A stretch of DNA of 32,000 nucleotides from Pseudodesulfovibrio mercurii (GCF_000189295.2 NC_016803.1:1-32000), one strand, 5' to 3'. Numbered from the stretch's first letter, positions 19,060 through 26,709 are shown. Program-made: numbers and translations. The notes: generated by a model from the sequence alone, not told the origin.

Positions 19060-19137
19060 CGTCTGGACTTCGCCCCGATGTTGGGCTAGATAGTCCAATA
19101 AACCGAAAGAGATGCTTTTTCCGAGAGGATACGCGAC

Positions 19138-19608
19138 ATGAAACGAATTCTGCTTGCAGCGGCCATGACGGCCATGATTTCCCTGCTCGCCGCCTGCGGC
19201 GCGCAGAAAAACGACCTCGACACGGGATGGGCCATGGTCAAGCAGGGCGACTGCGCCGGCGCCCAGCCCTATCTGGAGAGCACCATCGCCCAGCCCGACA
19301 GCGCCATGGACCTGGCCTACGCCTACTTCCTCAAGGCCCGTTGCGCCGAGGATGCGTCCGACTACGCGGCCGCCTACGAGAACTACTACGCGGCCAAGGT
19401 CGTGGCCTGCTACGTGGTCAGCCACGACACGCACGTGAACCTGAACACCTACGCCCGCAGCGACTACTGCCAGCGGATCATCCCGGCCAAGCTCGAAGCC
19501 CTGTCGGCCAAGATCAACGACCCGGCCGGCGTTGAGCACATCGAGGGCAAGGTCAACGGCATTCTCCGGGCCGACTACCTCAAGCGATTCGACAAGCGCC
19601 TGAACTAG
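19138..19608 (+). CDS. hypothetical lipoprotein
   Basis: Signal peptide with lipobox MKRILLAAAMTAMISLLAAC. High GC3. Confidence 0.7.
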   Translation: MKRILLAAAMTAMISLLAACGAQKNDLDTGWAMVKQGDCAGAQPYLESTIAQPDSAMDLAYAYFLKARCAEDASDYAAAYENYYAAKVVACYVVSHDTHVNLNTYARSDYCQRIIPAKLEALSAKINDPAGVEHIEGKVNGILRADYLKRFDKRLN

Positions 19609-19616
19609 CATATCCG

Positions 19617-19643
19617 AACGCCCCGCCCAGCGGGGCGTTTTTC
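19617..19643 (+). terminator. rho-independent terminator
   Basis: AACGCCCCG pairs with CGGGGCGTT and is followed by TTT. Confidence 0.7.
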
Positions 19644-19676
19644 GTGGCGCATCCTTTCAAACCATGGGAGGGCGAC

Positions 19677-20144
19677 ATGGCGTTGGCGGACTACACGGCG
19701 AGCGTTGATCACCTGCAGAAGGCCTTGGGCAGGGCGTTCGCCGCCGAGCCCTGGCTGCTGAACCTGCCGGGCCGCTCCGTGGCCTGCAAGATCGACCAGT
19801 TCTACTACCTGGCGGTCATGCCCGGCTTCCTCGAAACCCTCGGCCGACTGGGCGGCATGTTCCCGGACCAGGTCCTCGAAACCCTGGTCAAAACCGGCAA
19901 CCTCATCACCAAATCCCCGGAACGCGACCCGCTCATCCCCCTGACCGTCAGCTGGACCGGCCGCGCCGTGACCCTGACCGGCGCCTTCGTCGACGCCGAC
20001 TTCATCGACCGCGCCGTCAAGACCTACGGCGGCCTCGGCACCATCCTCAACGTCTCGGACCTCAAGATCTCCGCCGCCGACCGCCCCCGCATCGAATCCC
20101 TGTTCCAGGACAAAACCCCGCCCCAGGGGTTGGCGTACTTTTAG
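19677..20144 (+). CDS. hypothetical protein
   Basis: High GC3. GGGAGGG sits 6 nt upstream of ATG 19677. The GTG at 19644 used in the ORF track directly abuts the upstream terminator (19617-19643). No family recognised. Confidence 0.6.
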   Translation: MALADYTASVDHLQKALGRAFAAEPWLLNLPGRSVACKIDQFYYLAVMPGFLETLGRLGGMFPDQVLETLVKTGNLITKSPERDPLIPLTVSWTGRAVTLTGAFVDADFIDRAVKTYGGLGTILNVSDLKISAADRPRIESLFQDKTPPQGLAYF

Positions 20145-20271
20145 CGCCTCCGGCGGCCGGGGGAAGGGGAGAAGGGGACCCTTTTCTCAAAGGGTCCCCT
20201 TCTCCCCTTCCCCCGGACCCCCATCCCCTCATCCTTCCTAAACTTTTTATGCCGCTTCGCGGGGCGGATAA
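20141..20271 (-). repeat. dispersed intergenic repeat, copy C (full length, reverse orientation)
   Basis: Perfect 26-bp hairpin (20158-20183 with 20188-20213, loop TCTC). C-tract block CCCCTTCCCCCGGACCCCCATCCCC (20203-20227). Then AAACTTTTTATGCCGCTTCGCGGGGCGGATAAC. Confidence 0.85.
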
Positions 20272-20536
20272 CAGGCGAACCTCCTCTGAAGCGGTTTTGG
20301 GGCGTAGCCTCAAACAGCGGCTTTCGCATTTCACAATGTTCCGCCCGAAGGCCTTCTTTCTTCGTCCGTCATCGCGTCAGGCGGCGGCTCCGCTCCCGTG
20401 GCCCGGAGGTGGCCCATAAAAGGGGCGTTTCCGTGGAGGCGCGGACCATACTTTTGATCGGATGGAGCCGCCCCGAGCGGATCGGATTCTCGGCGTCCGG
20501 ACCCGGGCGGCCGCAACCTCCCAAGCCCTTTTCTTT

Positions 20537-20570
20537 GGTTCTTTCTTTTGGGCTCGCAAAAGAAAGAACC
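20537..20570. other. perfect 13-bp hairpin of unknown function
   Basis: GGTTCTTTCTTTT (20537-20549) pairs with AAAAGAAAGAACC (20558-20570) across the loop GGGCTCGC. Confidence 0.6.
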
Positions 20571-20586
20571 CCGCCGGGAGGGCTGC

Positions 20587-20625
20587 AAAAAAAATGGAGG
20601 AGCGCCAGCGACGGCTCTCCTCCAT
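20587..20625 (-). terminator. rho-independent terminator after the cyuA-like gene
   Basis: On the minus strand, ATGGAGGAG-(14 nt)-CTCCTCCAT is followed by TTTTTTTT. Confidence 0.75.
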
Positions 20626-20665
20626 ATTCGCAAATTCAGCGGGCTTTCCGCCCAAAAAACCAACC

Positions 20666-21982
20666 CTACACGTCCGAGAACCGCTTATCCAACATGATCT
20701 GCAAGATGGTCTGATCCGTCTGGATCATGCCGTCCACGGCCAGGGTCCCGACGTTCCGCATGGTGTCCTCGGACGACAACCCGATGATCCCGTCGGTGTG
20801 GTGGACGTTGACGCCCTGGAGGGAGAAGAGGGCGGCCTGGACCGCCGTGCCCGCCGCCGTGGCGAGCTTGAGGGCGCAGCCGGTCTTGGCCCCGTCGCAG
20901 ATGATCCCGGCCAGGTCCTCCATGAGGTTCTTGATGGCCCCGGCGATGTGGTGGGCGTCGCCGCCCAGGAGGAAGGTGATGCCCGCCGTGGCTCCGGCCC
21001 CGGCGGCCACGGAGCAGCCGCAGATGGCGGACAGGCGGCCGGTGTGCGCCTTGACGAAGGCGGTGACGATGTGGGAGAGGGCCACGGCCTCGAGCACGGC
21101 CTTGATCTCCACGCCCTCGACGTAGTCCTTGACCGCCCAGATGGGCAGGATGGCGGTCAGGCCGTGGTTGCCGGACCCGGCCGAGGACATGGCGGGCAGG
21201 GACGCGCCGGACATGCGCGCGTCGGCCGCGGCCGAGGCCAGGATGCGCGCGGCCAGCATCATGTCCTTCTTGATGAGGCCCTGGCGGCAGAGCCGTTCCA
21301 GGGTCTTGCCCACGCCCAGCCCCAGGCCGTACTTCAGCCCCTGTTCGGCCAGACGCATGTTCACGTCCACGCCCTCTTGGAGAAAGGCGTAGTCGTCCTC
21401 GTCCAGTTCGTCGGTCAGGGCCATGAGCTCGTTCAGCGTCAGGGTCTTGAGCCAGGCCTCCATGGCCGCCACCGGGGAGGGCGCGCCGTCGGGCCGGGTG
21501 CGGATGAGCGGGCTCTCCACGGGCTTGCCGTTCAGGGTCAGGGAGACGATGTTGTCGTGCAGCCCCTCGATGACCGACTCGGCCACCTGGTCGCCGGACA
21601 CGGCCTTGGCGCGGATGAGCAGCCCCTGGTGGTCCTTGATCAGGGTGACGTCCACCCGGCCCTCGGCCAGGGCCCGCTTGGCGGTCCTGACGTCCTCTTC
21701 GGTCACGGTCTGGAGGACCTCAAGGCGCAGGGACGGGTCGCCGCCCGCCGCGCCCAGGGCGGCGGCGGTGTCCAGACCGGACAGGCCGCCCGCGCCGGGG
21801 ATGGAGACGGCCAGGCCGTTCTTGTAGACGTTGGGGTCCACGGCCACCTCGAGGCGGTCGAAATGCTTGCCGGGGAGCAGGGACACGGCGGCCGCCGCGC
21901 CCAGGGCGATGGCCACGGGCTCGGTGCAGCCGAGCGCCGGGGCGACCTGGATGGAGAGAACGTCCTTGACCGTGAACTGCAT
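20666..21982 (-). CDS. cyuA: L-cysteine desulfidase family protein (UPF0597, YhaM/CyuA-like)
   Basis: APALGCTEPVAIALGAAAA, SGNHGLTA and ICDGAKTGCALKLAT blocks match my recollection of E. coli YhaM/CyuA. The true start is ATG 21982 (MQFTVKDV), internal to the 500-aa ORF. Confidence 0.85.
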   Translation of the reverse strand: MQFTVKDVLSIQVAPALGCTEPVAIALGAAAAVSLLPGKHFDRLEVAVDPNVYKNGLAVSIPGAGGLSGLDTAAALGAAGGDPSLRLEVLQTVTEEDVRTAKRALAEGRVDVTLIKDHQGLLIRAKAVSGDQVAESVIEGLHDNIVSLTLNGKPVESPLIRTRPDGAPSPVAAMEAWLKTLTLNELMALTDELDEDDYAFLQEGVDVNMRLAEQGLKYGLGLGVGKTLERLCRQGLIKKDMMLAARILASAAADARMSGASLPAMSSAGSGNHGLTAILPIWAVKDYVEGVEIKAVLEAVALSHIVTAFVKAHTGRLSAICGCSVAAGAGATAGITFLLGGDAHHIAGAIKNLMEDLAGIICDGAKTGCALKLATAAGTAVQAALFSLQGVNVHHTDGIIGLSSEDTMRNVGTLAVDGMIQTDQTILQIMLDKRFSDV

Positions 21983-21984
21983 GG

Positions 21985-22506
21985 CTAGCTCCTCACCGTG
22001 CTCTTGGGACAGTTGGCGCTCAGGTGGCAGACCTCGCACCCGCCGGTGTAGGGGTAGGGGGTGAGGACCGCGTACTTGCGGTTGACCGACCCCTCCTCGT
22101 TCCAGGTCAGGCCGAGGTCCTCGAAGGCGGCCAGGATGCCCTGGCCCGGCCGGGGCAGGGGGGCGCACTTGCCCTGCTGGAGCTCGGGCACGAACCCCTG
22201 GGCCGCGCTCATGACCATGGTGATGGCCAGGGCGTGGAAGAGCAGGCCGTGGGTGGGCGAGTCCTGCCAGATGCCCTCGATGGCGTCCTCGGCGGCCTGG
22301 TCCAGGAAGATGAGCACGAACTTGCCTTCGCCCTCGGGATTCTTCAGTTCATAGGCCTTGAGGCTCTCGGCGGCCCATTTGTCCCAGAACTCCTCGAACT
22401 CTTCGAGGATGTCGCCTTCGATGCGGGTTTCGCCCGCCACCTCCATGAAATACATCATGTCGAAATCGGGGTTCGGGGTCAGGGGGGTGATGTCGTATTT
22501 GGCCAT
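21985..22506 (-). CDS. hypothetical 4-Cys protein
   Basis: High GC3. Exactly four Cys (GKCAPLP, then GGCEVCHLSANCPKS). The stop lies 2 nt before the cyuA-like start. No family recognised. Confidence 0.65.
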   Translation of the reverse strand: MAKYDITPLTPNPDFDMMYFMEVAGETRIEGDILEEFEEFWDKWAAESLKAYELKNPEGEGKFVLIFLDQAAEDAIEGIWQDSPTHGLLFHALAITMVMSAAQGFVPELQQGKCAPLPRPGQGILAAFEDLGLTWNEEGSVNRKYAVLTPYPYTGGCEVCHLSANCPKSTVRS

Positions 22507-22695
22507 GTCGGTTCTCCGTGAAGGGAATTGGGTGCGTAGGGGAGGCTTTGCTTACCCTTTTTCCCGGCCGCGCTCAAGTTTTCCGGTCAATTCGTTGCGC
22601 TTCCGGGGAAAGTGAGGTTACGATTGCATCCAAGGGAGATAGGGCCCGGTCCCGCATTGTCAACACCGTGCCGCAGCGAGCGAATTGGAGATTCA

Positions 22696-24462
22696 ATGGC
22701 CCCTGACCGAAGCGAACCCCTCTTTCTCAAGCTCAGACGCCCCAACATCCGATTTCTGTTCCTGGCCATCATCATCGGCGGACTGGCCGGGTACGGGGCG
22801 GTCCTGTTCAAGCTGATCCTCAAGTACATGCAGTGGGTCTTCTACCGGAACACCGGGGACTGGCTGACCTTCGCCGCCACCGTCCCGCTGTGGATGAAGA
22901 TCGCCATGCCCGTGGCGGGCGGCCTGGTGGTCGGCCTGGTGGTCAGCTTCTTCGCCTCCGAGGCCAAGGGGCACGGCGTGCCCGAAGTCATGCAGGCCAT
23001 CGCGCTCAGGGGCGGGCGCATCCGAAAAAGGGTGGCCGCCGCCAAGATCTTCGCCTCGGCCGTGACCATCGGTTCGGGCGGGTCCGTGGGCCGCGAGGGG
23101 CCCATGGTCCAGATCGGGGCGTCCATCGGCTCGTCCGTGGGCCAGATATTCAAGATTCCGCGCGTGCACATGAAGACCATGGTCGGCTGCGGAGCGGCTG
23201 CGGGCATCGCGGCCACCTTCAACGCGCCCATCGCCGGGGTGCTCTTCGCCCTGGAGATCATCATCGGCGATTTCGGGGTCATGCAGTTCTCGCCCGTGGT
23301 CCTGTCCTCGGTCATGGCCACGGCCATTTCCCGCTACTATTTCGGCGACTTTCCGCATTTCAACATCCCAGCCTATTCCATCGTCTCCCTGTGGGAGTAC
23401 CTCTTCTACCCAGTGCTCGGCGTGATCACGGGACTGGTCGCCCTGTCCTTCACCAACACCCTGTACTGGCTGGAGGACCGCTTCGACGCGCTGCCCGTGC
23501 CGGATTGGAGCAAGCCCGCCCTGGGCGGGGTCGTGCTCGGGGGCATCTTCGCGGTCTGGCCCCAGGTCTTCGGCGTGGGCTACGGGGCCATGAACGCGGC
23601 GCTCATCGACCAGACCCCGTTCCAGCTCATGTTCGTGCTCATCTTCGTCAAGATCGCGGCCTCCAGCGTGACGCTCGGCTCGGGCGGGTCGGGCGGCATC
23701 TTCGCACCCAGCCTGTTCATGGGCTGCATGACCGGCGGGGCCTTCGGCCACGTGGTCCACTGGCTGCTGCCCGCCTACACGGCCACGCCCGGGGCCTACG
23801 CCCTGGTGGCCATGGGCGGCCTGGTGGCGGGCACCACCTACGCGCCCATCACCGCCATCCTGATCATCTTCGAGATGACCTCGGACTATTCCATCATCCT
23901 GCCGCTCATGCTGACATGCATCACGGCCACGGTCATGAACTCGACCATCCAGCGGGCGTCCATCTACACCACCAAGCTGCTTCGGCGCGGCATCGACATC
24001 GAGGCGGGCCGCGAGCGGCACCTGCTCTCGCACATGCTGGTCAAGGAGGTCATGGTCCGCGACTTCGTGACGATTCCCCGGACCATGACCCTGACGAGCA
24101 TCATCTGGACCTTCAAGACCCAGAACGCGCCCTACCTGCACGTGGTGGACGAGGAGGACCGGCTGACCGGGATCATCTCCTTCCGCGACCTGCGGGCCGT
24201 GCTCAACGAGGAGGGGCTGGGCGACCTGCTCATCGCCGAGGACCTGGCCACCAAGAACCCCGTGACCGTGACCACGGACGACACCCTGCAGGACGCCCTG
24301 GACCGGATCACGGACCGGGGCGTGTCCCAGCTGCCGGTGCTCTCTACCGGACGGGAGCCTAGGCTGGTGGGCACCCTGACAGAGCTGGCCATCGACGCGG
24401 CCTACAACTCGGCCACGGTCAAGGCCGAGATCGCCGAGGACGAGGAGCGGATGGCGTCCTAG
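22696..24462 (+). CDS. ClC-family chloride channel / H+-Cl- antiporter with C-terminal CBS pair
   Basis: GSGGSVGREGP and GGIFAPSL selectivity-filter motifs, many TM helices and a C-terminal tandem CBS-like region. The start is ATG 22696 (MAPDRSEP). Confidence 0.9.
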   Translation: MAPDRSEPLFLKLRRPNIRFLFLAIIIGGLAGYGAVLFKLILKYMQWVFYRNTGDWLTFAATVPLWMKIAMPVAGGLVVGLVVSFFASEAKGHGVPEVMQAIALRGGRIRKRVAAAKIFASAVTIGSGGSVGREGPMVQIGASIGSSVGQIFKIPRVHMKTMVGCGAAAGIAATFNAPIAGVLFALEIIIGDFGVMQFSPVVLSSVMATAISRYYFGDFPHFNIPAYSIVSLWEYLFYPVLGVITGLVALSFTNTLYWLEDRFDALPVPDWSKPALGGVVLGGIFAVWPQVFGVGYGAMNAALIDQTPFQLMFVLIFVKIAASSVTLGSGGSGGIFAPSLFMGCMTGGAFGHVVHWLLPAYTATPGAYALVAMGGLVAGTTYAPITAILIIFEMTSDYSIILPLMLTCITATVMNSTIQRASIYTTKLLRRGIDIEAGRERHLLSHMLVKEVMVRDFVTIPRTMTLTSIIWTFKTQNAPYLHVVDEEDRLTGIISFRDLRAVLNEEGLGDLLIAEDLATKNPVTVTTDDTLQDALDRITDRGVSQLPVLSTGREPRLVGTLTELAIDAAYNSATVKAEIAEDEERMAS

Positions 24463-24570
24463 GCCCGCCGATCCGGGCCGTGGATAGCCGTTGAGGCCCG
24501 CCGACCTTTGTGCTAGCCTCCGGGCACCGGCCGGTCTGGCCGGGCAATCGCATTTCGAGGAACCGACCGC

Positions 24571-25092
24571 ATGAACGACATCCGCATTTCCGTGACTCTG
24601 TCCCTGGACGAGCAGCATCCCGAGGACGGCTACATCGACTTCAACCTGTCCGTGGACGGGCAGTATCTGCACGAGGTCAACGTCTACGTCGATCCCGTGG
24701 ACCTGGTCACCTCGGCGACCATGTCCGGCGAGTTCTTCATCTACACCTGCGACTGCGGCAACCCGGCCTGCCAGGGCATCGACGACGGAGTCATGGTCTC
24801 CCACACCCCGGACACCGTGGTCTGGCGGCTGATCAACCCCATCTCCTGGCCGCCGGACGAGCCCCGGCCCGACTGGGAGCACGAGGCCGAGTTCATCTTC
24901 CCCAGGGACCTCTACCTCCAGCAGGTCTCCATGGCCCTGGACCACGCCAAGCGCATCGCCCGGGGCTTCCACCTGACCGGCACCCTGTGGGTCGGCCCGG
25001 ACCTGTCCAAGGAGGGGCTGCTGGCCCTGGAAATCCCCCAGCAGGACGGCGGCTTCTACGCCGTGGAACCCGAGGGCCACGCCCTGCATTAG
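24571..25092 (+). CDS. hypothetical protein (CDCGNPAC motif)
   Basis: High GC3 throughout. No family recognised. Confidence 0.6.
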   Translation: MNDIRISVTLSLDEQHPEDGYIDFNLSVDGQYLHEVNVYVDPVDLVTSATMSGEFFIYTCDCGNPACQGIDDGVMVSHTPDTVVWRLINPISWPPDEPRPDWEHEAEFIFPRDLYLQQVSMALDHAKRIARGFHLTGTLWVGPDLSKEGLLALEIPQQDGGFYAVEPEGHALH

Positions 25093-25119
25093 TTTTTCGG
25101 CGCATCTGGAATACCGCGT

Positions 25120-25148
25120 TTGCGTATTTCCGGGAAATGGTCTATTGT
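25120..25148 (+). promoter_or_regulatory. candidate sigma70 promoter
   Basis: TTGCGT (25120-25125), a 17-nt spacer, then TATTGT (25143-25148). Confidence 0.3.
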
Positions 25149-25271
25149 CTCTGTAAATGCTCCGGCTGCTTTTCCGGTGGACCCGTCCATCAGGAGGAGC
25201 AGACATGTCTGTTTACGATCCCAACCAAAGCCGTTTTCATCGCGCACGTCTGTTGCGTGCGCCGCCTTGCG

Positions 25272-25297
25272 CCGTTCGGGGGAACCGTTCGGGGGAA
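25272..25297 (+). repeat. perfect tandem duplication, 2 x 13 nt
   Basis: CCGTTCGGGGGAA occurs at 25272-25284 and again at 25285-25297. Confidence 0.9.
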
Positions 25298-25398
25298 CTG
25301 TGTTCAGGGCTCGGGCGTCATTGCCCGCGGGAGGAGTGCCTGCTTTTCGGGGCGGACCGAGGTTCGCCGGAACGACAACCGGAAACGGGGGGGCACCC

Positions 25399-25944
25399 AT
25401 GTACGTGCCAATAAAGATTTATCCCAATCGGTGGAGTCTCAGAGGGTGCATTGTCCGTGCCGCCTTCTGCCTGTGCCTGGCCGTGGCCGGGTTCCAGTTC
25501 ATCGACGAAAAGAACCTGAAACTGGCCGTGTACTGCCTGAGCATGGCGGGGTTCGCCGTGTCCATGATCAACGCCGTGGCGGTCATGGCCCGGCAGCCCA
25601 TGGTCAAGGTCCTCGAAGACCGCTTCTCGGTGTACACGCCCTTCGGCTACGCCATGATCCGGTTCGGTGAGGTGCTGGCCTTCCGCAGGAGCCGGATGCC
25701 GTTCCGCAGCGTCCTGCGCATCGAGATCAACGGCTCGGCACGGCCCAAGTTCCCGTCCGCCTTCTGCCGCCTGCTCTTCGCCGTGGTCAGCCTGCGCTTC
25801 ACCAACACCGTGTCCATCCCCGGCTACCTGCTCGGGGCGGACCCGGAGTCCGTCATGCAGATGCTCGAAAAGCGGCGTGTTTCCGCCGTGCGCCTGGACG
25901 CCATCGGCGATTACGATCCCATGGCCCTGACCACGATGGGGTGA
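25399..25944 (+). CDS. hypothetical membrane protein
   Basis: Two N-terminal hydrophobic helices (CIVRAAFCLCLAVAGFQFI and LAVYCLSMAGFAVSMINAVAVMA). High GC3 after the first ~15 codons. The start at ATG 25399 is uncertain. Confidence 0.6.
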   Translation: MYVPIKIYPNRWSLRGCIVRAAFCLCLAVAGFQFIDEKNLKLAVYCLSMAGFAVSMINAVAVMARQPMVKVLEDRFSVYTPFGYAMIRFGEVLAFRRSRMPFRSVLRIEINGSARPKFPSAFCRLLFAVVSLRFTNTVSIPGYLLGADPESVMQMLEKRRVSAVRLDAIGDYDPMALTTMG

Positions 25945-25949
25945 TGAGG

Positions 25950-25982
25950 AAACCGGCGGGCCATGGCGGCCCGCCGGTTTTT
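25950..25982 (+). terminator. rho-independent terminator
   Basis: AAACCGGCGGGCC (25950-25962) pairs with GGCCCGCCGGTTT (25968-25980) and is followed by TT. Confidence 0.8.
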
Positions 25983-26041
25983 GTCCTGCAAGCGGCCTGC
26001 CGTTCGCGGCAGGGGACGGGGCGTCGGGAACGGCCGCCCCG

Positions 26042-26428
26042 TCAACAGGCGCAGCCTATGCCGGGTGCGCCTGCGCCCTTTGCCGTGGGGTAGCCGTCGC
26101 GCCGCCACCAGTCGAGGCCGCCGATGAGTTCCTTCACCCGAAAGCCCAGGCGGGTCATGTTCAGGGCCCCCTTGGTGGAGGCGTTGCAGCCGATGCCGTC
26201 GCAGTAGATCACGTAGAGCGCCTGGCGGTCGAATCCGGCGGTGGCGTCCGCGCTCATCTCCCGGTGGGGCAGGCCGACCGCGCCGGGGATGTGTTCGGCC
26301 GCGTAGGCCGAGCCCCCGCGCGCGTCGATGACCACGACGTTCTCTCCGTTTTCACGGGCCTGGTTCAGGTCCCAGGAATCCATCTCCCAGCGCAGCTTGT
26401 TCTCGTAGTGGCTCACTTGGTCCCGCAT
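26042..26428 (-). CDS. rhodanese-domain sulfurtransferase
   Basis: Single rhodanese fold pattern (VVIDARGGSAYAAEHIPGAVGLP) with active-site loop YCDGIGCNAST. AGGAG sits 6 nt upstream of the ATG. The C-terminus ends in GIGCAC. Confidence 0.8.
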   Translation of the reverse strand: MRDQVSHYENKLRWEMDSWDLNQARENGENVVVIDARGGSAYAAEHIPGAVGLPHREMSADATAGFDRQALYVIYCDGIGCNASTKGALNMTRLGFRVKELIGGLDWWRRDGYPTAKGAGAPGIGCAC

Positions 26429-26534
26429 GACGTCTCCTATGGGTTGGCGGTCGGGGTATTCTCACCCTAGCCGGATCTCCACCGACGCACCAACGGCAAT
26501 TCCCGATCCCCCCATTCAGCCAAACCGAACCCCC

Positions 26535-26655
26535 GCATCGCACCCCGCGAAGCGGCAATAAAAAGTTTGGGAAAGGAAGGGGATGGGGGTCCGGGGGAAG
26601 GGGAAGGAAAACCCTTTTCAAAGGGTTTTCCTTCCCCTTCCCCCGGCTAATCGCT
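26535..26655 (+). repeat. dispersed intergenic repeat, copy D (full length, forward orientation)
   Basis: CCCCGCGAAGCGGCAATAAAAAGTTTGGGAAAGGAA, then the G-tract block GGGGATGGGGGTCCGGGGGAAGGGG (26579-26603), overlapping a perfect 24-bp hairpin (26593-26616 with 26621-26644, loop TTCA). Confidence 0.85.
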
Positions 26656-26709
26656 GCTGTCCTCATCCGTAAGGCTCGAAGACTCGCCAACGGCTAGGAG
26701 GCCCGGAGG

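Noticed and set aside
22507-22695. Fluoride riboswitch or sigma54 promoter in the divergent region between the 4-Cys/cyuA operon and the ClC gene.
   Set aside because: The ClC protein has the chloride-type GSGGSVGREGP filter plus CBS domains, not a CLC-F type. No crcB-motif core is seen. The GGCACG-N4-TGAC match on the minus strand lacks the -12 GC element. A TTGACA-16-TATCTC sigma70-like match on the minus strand (22636-22663) is possible but weak.
24463-24570. Direct repeat AGGCCCGCCGA(T/C)C x2 and short GC hairpins after the ClC gene.
   Set aside because: They are short GC-rich matches of the kind expected by chance at this base composition. There is no T-run and no related sequence elsewhere in the window.
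26012-26043. Hairpin GACGGGGCG/CGCCCCGTC at the 3' end of the rhodanese gene as a terminator.
   Set aside because: No U-tract follows on the minus strand, and the stem overlaps the stop codon. It may add to transcript stability, but support is weak.
20141-26655. CRISPR-like interpretation of the repeated palindromic elements.
   Set aside because: The copies are kilobases apart, in both orientations and 105-131 nt long, with no regular repeat-spacer periodicity and no cas genes.
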